Part shown: positions 12,001-22,049 of the stretch, one piece after another
Layout of the letters: the number at the start of each line of letters is the position of its first letter
How positions within the stretch are numbered: the stretch's first letter is position 1
From: Klebsormidium nitens
Taxonomy: Eukaryota > Plantae > Klebsormidiophyceae
NCBI GenBank assembly: GCA_000708835.1
Contig: DF237027.1
Span: 124,001-188,000 of the forward strand
Direction: 5' to 3'
Length of the DNA: 64,000 nucleotides
Notes under the pieces: generated by a model
Databases searched by the model: none
What the model was told of the DNA's origin: nothing
The model's input: the letters and a program-made list of their open reading frames with translations, nothing else
Made by a program: the position numbers and the translations under genes

Positions 12001-14494
12001 CGACGCCTCTGAGCACCAACTTTCGCATCGCCGCACATGATATGGATTTGAACATAAACAGCTAGGCACATCATCACTCTGTGACTGATCTGATAAAAGG
12101 GTTTGTGATACTGTTCTTTAATCCAAAGCGCATCGCGGTGCAGGGGGTTCCAACTCCAACTTCCGGGGGTTCCGAAAGCCACACTGCAGCGCCATCGCCA
12201 TGCATGCCGCCAAACGTCGCAAACGATCCCCAGCGGAACGGGCTCCCATTCTCCCATTCGCCCCTCTGTGCGGCCTAGGAAGCGCCGGAGGGAGATGAGG
12301 GCCGGGGGCCGGGGCCATGAGGCCATGATAGCCGGGAAAGATACGGAGTAACTTTCATGGCCACCCGGCCATGATTGCGAAGTTGCCAGCTCACCCGGGC
12401 GGAGCCCAGTTCATCATGACTCTCCGACAAGTTCTCCACTTGGGCCCGGGGATCCGTTTGTTACTGAACTTCTCAGCACACGTTGTCCATAGAATCGGTC
12501 CATATTCTAAATAAATGCGCGTTTATCGTCGAAACGCCGGATTGGATGCCGCGCGTGCGGGCTATTTTGCATTTTAGCGACAGAATTTAGTGACGGATCG
12601 TACCTCACGTCAATTCTGTCAAACAGAATCTACGGCCATTTTGAGACGCCGTCGAAAACGACTGCTCGGGGAACTTAAGTAGAGCGACTGTTTTTTAGAG
12701 AAACATAGGCAATAAGTCGCCGCGTTGAAGTATCCGGGGTAACAATGCGAAAGTAGAATCGACTTTCTCGAAATGCGTTAGGTACCTACCTAGTACCTAC
12801 TACCGTATCACCGGTACCGGGTACCTATGTCACGTAATTTATAGGCGCACATTGTGACTCTGGGGCCGGTCGTCAGTCCCGGTTGACTATATGTGCTGCG
12901 TCCAAAGCCACAATAGCCTCCCGGTAGCCAAGCTCGGTCCTTCGTTCCACGCTTCCGGCAAACTTGGTCCCCGGAGATTTGTAGGCGAAGTTCAGTATCA
13001 CCTCGTAGATTAGTTTCGCGCTGGGTCAGCTGCGCGCGCGCCGCGGTGGCATGCATGCCCGCATGGGCGCGTTGCTCATTGTCATGTCACCATTCAAACG
13101 ATAGGAATGGCCGATACTGGTGTTCCCCCGAGCTTTTTCTGTAGTCTGCGAGTGAGATTGCCGGTGACCGGTAGACTCCCGGTAGACTGGTAAAGTCACA
13201 AAAAGTGGCAGTCCTGGTACGTGCGAGCCTGCCAAGTCACAGCGCTGGGGTGAGCCAGCTGTTGAGGGCATCTAACGGGGGCAATGTAGCCTCTAGGGAA
13301 CCGACATTCTGCCAGCTTTTTTCTTGATTGGGTAGGTTTTCCGAGTTCCCCATGCCGCCAAATCCTGAGTGAACGACTGCCCAAATTTAAGTGCCTTCTC
13401 TGATACGGGCCAGCTGCCGAGCTGTAATGTGTGCACTGTTGCCACCTGTCAGGGGCACCCCTCTGTTCCTGATCATCTGTACATGTGGCAAAAAGGACTA
13501 GGCTCACGCACTAGAGTCATGCTGAGCAGTGAGACTGCCTCAATAACGAAAGGCCAACAACGGATGTACACAAGGACACTGCAGTACCGAACGTGACAGC
13601 TTTGGAGTCATGGGCGGCACTGAAGCGGCAAGCTTTTAATAGAATTGCAGATTCAATTACACAGGGATCCGATCAGTTGCTGAAGTATTCCTCAGTTCAA
13701 AACATTACAATCTGTCCACAATCCACCTGACCGGAATCCGTTTGCCAACGCGCTTCTGCCCAGCGCAGCTTCCAGCGCTTCTACAACCAAACAGCTCCTG
13801 GTATAGCCATGGATTTCAAGGTGAGAGGAGTGCTTCTTTTCGAAGTTGTCACTGCTGATACACTAGTGGGCTGGTTCTATCCTTGCCAGCAACTGAGCCC
13901 AGCTGCAATCCAGGTGGTGGTGTCACGTTTGGCACACGCAAAGCTGTGGATTGATGTGCTCACCACTGCTGAATGCAGATCATAGTTGTCAGCTCGCAAA
14001 TTCAATAGAAAAGACACAGGGAAAGTGTCAATGGATGCTGAAAGACTGCTGCAATGCACTCAAGTTGTTGAACTTGACAGTAGGTTTGAAAAAATGAGTC
14101 ACCAGTAGAGCTTCCTTCATACCAACTTGGGGAGTCTTCTTTCAGAAGTGAAGGCTCGTCATTTTTTAGCAGATAGAGTCTTTGAGCTCGAACTTAAAAA
14201 GGGCGCCGTTTCTCTTTCCTGTTGGATGCAAGCCTTGGTTTGACACGAAAAGGACACAATTCCTTGTTTTACCTGAACCCAGCCACCTGCTTGTTTCACA
14301 GACAAGGGTTCTGCCAGATCACACCTTCAAGTCTTTCGTAAAGGTATAGCCAAAGAGGTATGCTTGCCTTCGAGACGTTTTCTCTACATTTACTATCTTA
14401 CACAGCGCCTCAATTGACAAATAAGAGAAATTACGCACCCCTGTTCAGAAGCCAAGTCTGACACCATTTCCAGTGCACCAGAATCTGTTCCAAA

Positions 14495-14615
14495 CTTCCG
14501 CTTTGACCTGCCCTCCTAGCCAAACTGGTTTCTCTTCAGCTTGATCTGCCTTCCGAACCGGACTCATCACTCTTCAGCTTGACCGTCCTTCCTAACCAGA
14601 CTCGTTTCTCTTCAG
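14495..14615 (+). repeat. Three tandem ~38-40 bp copies of a polypyrimidine/acceptor unit just upstream of the ATG at 14622 (probable 5'UTR intron end)
   Basis: Units end in 'tttctcttcag', 'tcactcttcag' and 'tttctcttcag'. Each begins with a 'cttgac/cttgat...cct(cc)ct/aacc' related sequence. Confidence 0.7.
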
Positions 14616-14621
14616 GCGAAC

Positions 14622-16526
14622 ATGACCGGGGTTACGGCTGCCCTACTGTGCGCACTTCTCTGCATGGGGTCTGCCGTGGAGGCTAATCCTATTAAGGGGC
14701 TGAAAGTCAAGGGCAAAGAGTTTTCGGGTCAGGCATTGATTGCTAACTTCTGAGAGCAGACTGCATATCTTGTTTTCAGGTTGGAATTTGCATCAGGGGC
14801 AGAAGCAATTTTGCAATTCAGGGGACTAGGAGATTTAATGTGCCCTTCTCTTCGGAAAATACGCTTTATCTCCGGTTAGAAGGATCAAATCAAGGTTGAG
14901 CTAGACGGGACCTGTGAATGTTGTGGCCACTCATGCATTCACAGCTTCAGGTTGAAGGGAGAACTTTCAGAACATGAGACGAAACGATAAGAATGGAAAG
15001 CAGAGAAGATTGCTGTGCTCACTTTCTGAACGTACATACTTGAGAGTGCAGTTCTGGTTCTGGCCTTCCAACGCTTGAAGTTGGCCCAAATGTAAAACGT
15101 TATTCATAACCGCTTCGAAGAGAGCCTGTGAGCAAAGCAAAAGCTTGAAGTACTTTATTATTGTAGGTCGCACAACAACGATGCTGTTTTCAGTTTGAAC
15201 ATTTGAGCAGCTCTTCGACCAAGAAAGGGGGACTAGCCGATCCCGTTAGCTTCTCTTGAACCCCGTTCCTGCAGGAAAGTCAAAATTCTCGTTTTAGGCC
15301 GTGCTACTCACCTTCAGAGCGTGCTGTCCCTTCGTGGCGAATCTCCTGGAAACGTACGTGGGCGATTCCATCAACTACGCTTTTCGATCAGGTATTCAAG
15401 TGTTGTTCATCTGTTCAGGAGTGTTCAAAACGAACCGCACCGTTCTCATGTTTCACCCGTACTGAAATCAGAACCATTTTTTCATCGCAGGAAAGATCGA
15501 CATCACAAGTTTCAAGCAAAGCGATGGCCAGCTCATCGCGGTTGGTACGTGCGCCGGAAAGAAGTCCAAAGACAACTCTGACGTCAGCGACACCCCGTGC
15601 CAGATGGTTGTGACGGACTTCAACGGCGTCGACCCCGCAACGCTCCCCAAGGATGGGTCTGGCAACAGGAAGCTCCTGGCGAAGAAGGAGAAGAAGACGG
15701 TAAGTGAACCGGAGTGCTAATACAGGGTGGCTTGGCCATCAATCTAAAGAATTTGAGTTGCTATAAGTCTGTGGTATTCAGCAAGTCCTAGGATGAGCTC
15801 GTTCGATGGGATCACGATTGTCGTGTCCTCGAACGACTTTCAACTATATGAAAACTTCGTATGACGGTTAGTGTTGCTGACGACAGGTTAGTGTTGCTGG
15901 ATATGCAGACGAACGAAGCCGGTGACGTCCATAAACGACGCTCTCTCTAGTGATTCGTCACATCTGAAGGTCCAAAAAGTAAACACGAGTCTGGCTTCCT
16001 TGCGCTTCTTCCACCGCGTATCGATCCTGGCGAAAACGAGAAGCCTGATCACAGAAAGCTCAGAACTAAGCGCGACATGTAGTTCGAAATCTACAACCCT
16101 GACACAAAACGTTTTCGTCTACAGAAAGCACCAACAGCCCCCGCCGAAACCGCTGCCACTGTTGCTGACGCTGCTGCCGTCACTCCTGCCCCGACCACCG
16201 AAGCCCCGACAACCGCCCCCGTAACCACAACCGCCGCAACAACCGCTCCAGCAACTACGACTGCCCCCACATCTAGTTCCATTCCGGCCTCCACGTCATC
16301 GTGCCAGGTGGCAAAGTTGAGCCTCCAGGGACTGCAGCTCGAGCTCCTCGGTCTAGTTGTGTCCATCGACCAACCGGTCGTGATCACCATCGACGCAATC
16401 CGGGGGACGGTGCTCGGGGATCTGCTGTGCCCGCTCGTGTCCGCTCTAGTTACGCCCGCGCTCGCGACGCCGTCGCTTTCGACGGTGATGGTCACGCTCA
16501 CCCAAGCTGTGAATGCGGCGCCGTAA
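14622..16526 (+). CDS. Secreted 238-aa protein: signal peptide, beta-rich block, RKLL, Thr/Ala/Pro-rich linker and C-terminal C...LLC block. Exons 14622-14727, 15491-15699, 16125-16526
   Basis: 106+209+402 = 717 nt, phase-compatible GT-AG junctions. Translation: MTGVTAALLCALLCMGSAVEA-NPIKGLKVKGKEFSGKIDITSFKQSDGQLIAVGTC...GNRKLLAKKEKKTKAPTAPAET...TTAPTSSSIPASTSSCQVAKLSLQGLQLELLGLVVSIDQPVVITIDAIRGTVLGDLLCPLVSALVTP...*. The exon 1 to exon 2 join is my inference. Confidence 0.75.
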
Positions 16527-18020
16527 GTCGTCGAAGTTTCAAGCTAGAAACCTAGAAGAGGATCTCTAGAAAGGATCAGATTTGAAAAGTTGAGGAGGAT
16601 GTAGAAGAATGAGGAGAGAAGGAGTTCCCCCTCCGATTTTTCGCGGCGGTCTGTATCTTGCAGTCCAATGTCTTGGAGATCATTGTAGAAGATAGAGTAG
16701 GAATTGCTCGCGGGCACGTCATTCTTTGCTAGGTAGATCAGTTTTAGCAATGGTACGAGAAGATTCTGTCTTTTAGAAAGTACGTCTGAGTTTTGTGGAT
16801 CGAGGCCTTCGATTCTAAGGTGATTTTGAAGGTACCGCATGACTCGTTGGAACAATTTTGAGAGGTATGGGTGAATACATCAAAACCGGAAAAGAATCAT
16901 TGTAATTGTAGGATCATGCAATCTTATGAAATTATCTTCAACGTTTGCACGAGCAACGCTTGCACGAGCCGATTCAATCAACGTTTGATGCACAGTAATT
17001 TCACAAATATGTGTGCTTTTCGTCTCGTCGTTACATGCAGCAAACTCGCGCGCGAATGATAGAATTGTTGTCGATCTTGGTGTTAACAACATCTCAAACA
17101 TACGTACATCATTCCATATACCATGCATGCTATGTCCGATATTGGATGATCGAATTCCCTGGAACGATTAGCTTTGCTTATACAAAGCTTCAATGCTGAG
17201 CATCATTCCCTGTAACATATAGTGCAGTACACTGCATACCGTCACGAGTCGGCCGGCCTGACTGTGAAGTGGAGAATTACTCCTTCGTACAGTGATACGT
17301 ATGTATGCCATCGAATGCCTCGTGTGCATCCGATAGTAAGATGAAGAAAGTACATCCAGGCGTGTATAGCCTGGACGTTCAATTGGGCGGTTGTTCGGAA
17401 AAACTTTGGAACGTCAAGATGTCGACTCAATGTGGTGAGTGTGCGCCAATTCACTCATACGCGACAGTCCTTAGCGCCGCCATTGGCTGTGAAATAGGAA
17501 AGCCAGTCATTACAGCCAGCATCTAAGTTAGCACGCTAACGACGACTTTTTGTCGACTCTACCTGATGTCTCGGCTCTACTTGGCCGCCACATTCGGCCC
17601 TAATGGCTAGATCTTGTTACAGAATGCTATTCGGTTGCGCTGCGATTGACGTTCGGGTCAACTCGCGTTCACAAGGAGGAAGGCGGGCCTCGACCCGACC
17701 AAACCCCTTCGCTTCCATGTATTTCTAAGACAGAATGGTGTACATCTAATGACAGCGACAGGTCCACTTATTCAAGTGTAATGCTTCCCGCTCAGGAACC
17801 GTCGTGAGACGACTCTTCTAGATACCCCCAAGGTGTAAGTAAGCTTCTTACAAGCCCTGAATAAAGTCTCAGCATGTCGAGATCGAAGACACCCCAAAGG
17901 AAGCGTGCTGGGGTCTACTGGCCGTCTCCTAACTCGAGCTTTCTTTCACAGGCACTCCATAATTCCTTGAGGCGGAAGACCGCAACTCGCATGCTTTTAA
18001 AATCCGCTCAGAACGTGACG

Positions 18021-19114
18021 TCACCTGGGTGGCGCAGCGAGGCTCTGCTGCTGCGCCTCCAGCAGCTCCATCTTCCCCTCAAGTGACGTCATCTTCTCCG
18101 CCAGCTGGGCTAACCGGTCGCGCGTAGACGCTTCTGCAGGGTGCAAAGGCTCGCTGACGTCAGCCAGGAAACCGAATTATGGTGCTTCATTGGAAGGCTA
18201 GGAAAGGAAGGGTGAAACGCAAGAGCACGGAGGAACAACGAGCAGCATTCTTGGACGTCTTTAGGATAAGTAGTGCGAAAGGTTGCCCAAATTAAAGGCA
18301 ACTCAGAGCGGCACATCGAGCAATACTTTGGGCAGTCAAAACATGAGGAGATGTTGCTCAGAGGATCTTTTGTTTCCGCAAAAGTGGGATTCAGGGGAAG
18401 CAAGTTGGTGTGACACACGTGGGCTCTTGTCTCAAAAGAAGGGAACCCCCACAACTCTTGGCCTCGCATTAGTGCGCTTACGATCTCAGCTGACAGCAAG
18501 CGCATGACACAAGGGATCTGAGTGGCAGAGGAAAGGATCACGCGGAGGCAGATCTCAAGTCTTCATCCTCAAGAACTGACACAGGAGAGACATATCATGG
18601 AATCGCTCTCTTGAAAACTAACAGGCTCACACACCCTCTGGAAAGATGGCGACGTGCGGAAACAAGGGAGGGTATTAAAGCGGCTCTTTCCAAATGGCGC
18701 TTGAGTTGGCGACACCTGGCAGACTGACAAATTTGTGCACGGGGAGGGCTCAGGAACAGATCCTCTGAACGAAACTTCAGAACTGCTACCCGAGTTTATG
18801 ACTGAGTTTGAAGAGAAGCAGATTCTTGCTGGACAGAACACAACGCCGAGTGATTTCTAACAGATTATCTTAGGTTGAGGCTGCGGATAGCACAGCATTG
18901 AATGCAAAAGCCACTTTTGACAAGTCGATACATAGGGCAGAAAGGAGAAGTCCAAAGGTTGTTCACTGCTTTAGCTCAAGCCCAGAGCTGATGAGAAAGA
19001 CTCACCAAAGCGCGCCAGGAACTCAAACAGCTGCGCAATGCTTAGCTTCAATTGGTCGGCGAACTCCCTGTTGTCCCAATCCTCCCGCACCGCCGCAGAA
19101 ACCTCTTCGGACAT
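18021..19114 (-). CDS. BRK1: BRICK1/HSPC300, small subunit of the SCAR/WAVE complex, 73 aa. Exons 19114-19006 and 18133-18021
   Basis: Spliced translation MSEEVSAAVREDWDNREFADQLKLSIAQLFEFLARFEASTRDRLAQLAEKMTSLEGKMELLEAQQQSLAAPPR* matches the BRK1 pattern (DWxNREF...LFEFL..F.......LA.L.EK...LE...E.LE.Q). GTGAG donor, GCAG acceptor, phase 1. Confidence 0.92.
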
Positions 19115-20135
19115 GGCCAGCTATGAGACAAAAAATCAAGAAACTAGCGTCTGCTTTGGGAGACGAAAGTATGTCTGGGGCGAAAGCAGTACGTCGCAGA
19201 GCCAAGGAGTCAAAATTTTTGCCTACTGCTGTTTGGGTGCGGAGTGGACTCCATGAGACTTCCCCCTTTTGGAGAGAGTTTCAACGGCCACAGAATTTCC
19301 TCTATGTCTTCACTCGTTCATGTTCCTAGTAGAGACGCAGCATTGGAGAAGCTGGTTCTGATTCAGTCTCTCCACATTATTCAAAAGAAGCACCCCTGAC
19401 ATAGCAGCTAAGTACTGACATCCCTCTTGCTTCTTCCTGCCAAGAGTGGAGCCAGCGCAAACTGGGCCGAAAGAAACTGTCTCGACAGTGAGCAATGCTC
19501 TGTCGGGGATAGATGATCTCTTCGAGTTGAGGCTGCTCTCTTGCAGGATCGCCCTGCAATGGCTTTCTTGTGCTGCAACTTGCAAGGATTGAAATGGATT
19601 CCTGCCACTCTCTGCAGCTCCTTGGCCCTGGGCCTGGGCCTGAGCCTCCCTCTGTGATTTTGCAGAGCTTTTCGCCATAGGTGCACAATTTTGACCTCAT
19701 ATTTAATATAGTACTTTGTTTGCGGATTTTTGAGACTGAAATCCTAAGCACCGGCATCCCGTCGGTGCATTCCTGCTTTCGACATCGGTCAAAGTCAGTG
19801 CATACATGTGGATTGTACGCATCGACAAACAAGAGCCGTCAGGGAGCCCTTCGAAAGCCGTGACTCTGAGTCAGAGTTGTTGCGTTTGTAAATTCGACAT
19901 CGATTCCAGAAAAAGCGCAAAATAAACAATGCAACATGGCTGTACAGCTGTAGTCAGAGTCACACAGCTGGTGCCTCGCACTGCTCATTGAGTCGCAGTG
20001 CTCATTGAGAGAAAGGAGCAGCAAAAGCTTACCTTGGCGCTTGTCAATGGTGGTGCTCACTCGCTAGAGCAGGGCTCGGCCAGCTGGGATCGGCAGTTGC
20101 TCGTTTCTTTTCATTTGACTCCTTTGGGGGACACG

Positions 20136-21733
20136 ATGAGTCATTCAGAGGATGGACCCGGGGCTGCGCAGCACTCGCATTACTTCCCCGTTCCTGGCTA
20201 CGAGTCACCACAGCCTTCCGACCCTGAAGCATACACCAAAAAACTGAAGTGGGCGTTCCAAGCTTCATGGGCGGTGAATTGGTTCCTCCTGATAGCCAAA
20301 GCGTACATCTACTTCGTCTCAAACAGTAAAGCAGTGTTGGCGAGTCTCGCAGACTCGGCGGTCGACTTGGCGTCCCAGATTGTGATTTCGCTAGCGGAGC
20401 ATTATATGGCGAAAGCGAGCCCGCTGTACCCAGTGGGGCGGGCCCGTCTAGAGGCACTCGGGGTCATAGGGTGCGCGTGTATCATGAGCATGGCGTCTCT
20501 AGAGGTTCTTCAGTTTTCCGCATTGGACCTGTACGATGGCTTCGTAAAGCATAAACACCCAGAGCTAGACTTGGGGGTCTTGATTTACGTTGTCTTTGGA
20601 ATAGGCACGCTGCTGAAACTCGTGCTCTATCTGTACTGCGACTCGCTGAAAGCGCGCTCGGACTCAATGGCAGCACTAGCGGAGGACCACTTGAATGACG
20701 TGATCAGCGTGGCGGGAGCGCTCGTGACAGCTGTCATCGCGTCTCACTGGAAGAACGAGTGGTGGGTGGATCCGGTCGGCGCCATTGTAATTTCGGTCTG
20801 GATCATCTGGCGGTGGGTTAGCCTAACCTACAGCCAGGTTAAGAAGATCGTGGGTTACTCGGCGCCCCCCGAGTTTGTGAAGCAGATTGAGGACTTGGCG
20901 CACGCGCACCATGGAAATTTAGCTGTAGACTGCACTCGGGCGTACCATTTCGGGTCGCGGTACAACGTGGAGATGGAGATCGTTCTTCCGGGGGACATGA
21001 CGGTGACCGAGTCGCATGACATCGCCCTCGAGCTTCAACACAAGATTGAGGCGTTTGAAGATGTGGAGCGGGCGTTCATTCACGTGGACTACCGGAGGCG
21101 AGACTCACCGGAGCATAAGGTTGGGGTCCTTTTAGTCCTTGTTCGTTCCTCGTTCTGTTTTATCTCAAGGAAACTTTCCGGTGAAAGAATTGCCTGAGCT
21201 TCAGGTAGCCGAAAAGATTTACCGTTTCCTTACGTCGTTTTTCACGTACAATTGTCTGGTCTCTTATTTCAGTCTGTTCCTTGATCTTTTTCCAGATTGA
21301 TGCCGTCTTCACTCACTTGCTTCCCCTCTGGTTGCATCATTTGTTCCATCTCGCTGACTACTTATCTTGCAGCTCAACCTGTTTCTTGGACTCGATTCTG
21401 TGCCGTACTTTGTTCTCTTCGTTTCCCTTTTGTTGCTGGTTGTTTCTCTAGTGTGGCAGCTTTGATGTTTTCTACTCCTGGTCGTATTGCAAAGAGTATG
21501 CGGGTCGACGGTTCTCTGCCGACTATCGACATGTCTTCAGCAGACAGCAGGAAGTCGAACTGCCTCAATGAGTCGATATGGCTATGATTACACCTGACTT
21601 TTCTTTCCTACTTACACAGGTGGAGCGGATGCTGTTGGAGGCGCAGGAGAGAGAAGAGCAGCAGGCACGGTTAGAGAAAGAGGACGGGCGGGGGCTTATA
21701 CGGCAGCTTGCGGCACAGAACTCCCTCGTGTGA
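20136..21733 (+). CDS. MTP: Cation diffusion facilitator / metal tolerance protein of the Mn-CDF type (MTP8-11-like), 365 aa. Exons 20136-21119 and 21620-21733
   Basis: TM2 DSAVD and TM5 DHLND (DxxxD/DxxxD Mn-CDF signature), WWVDPVGAI, RAYHFGSRYNVEMEIVLP, ESHDIALELQHKIEAFEDVERAFIHVDY and PEHK. Phase-0 GT-AG intron. Confidence 0.93.
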
Positions 21734-22049
21734 GCAGGGAGAGAAAATGACATTTTCACGTGCTTTAATACGAAAAGGTAAAAAATCTCTGTTCAGAGCA
21801 GCATCGTTGGATTTGGTTATGAGAAGTAACTTACAAGAGGCTGCATATGGCAGCGTGTTGTCTAACAATGAGAAGGAAGCCGCCCTGGCATTGAAGGCTG
21901 TCAGCTGCCATGTGACATGGAAGCGGTGCTTCTGGAATCGGCGTCGGAATAGCATTAGAAATGCTGGGCGTACATCGAGAGGTGCCACGCCGAGACATGA
22001 GTATAAGCAGGAACTATCGAAGAATCACACGGTGACACAGTAGCGGGGT

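Noticed and set aside
17797-17810. ACCGTCGTGAGAC matching LSU rRNA, plus GACAGGTTAGT at ~15884
   Set aside because: Matches of 11-13 nt to a multi-kb rRNA are expected by chance in 64 kb, and there is no flanking homology.
19310-19678. 122-aa minus-strand ORF upstream of BRK1
   Set aside because: No recognisable domain. It most likely overlaps the BRK1 5'UTR/intron or promoter.
19998-20135. N-terminal extension of the MTP ORF in the track
   Set aside because: It starts at a non-ATG codon and reads as UTR-like sequence. ATG 20136 is preferred.
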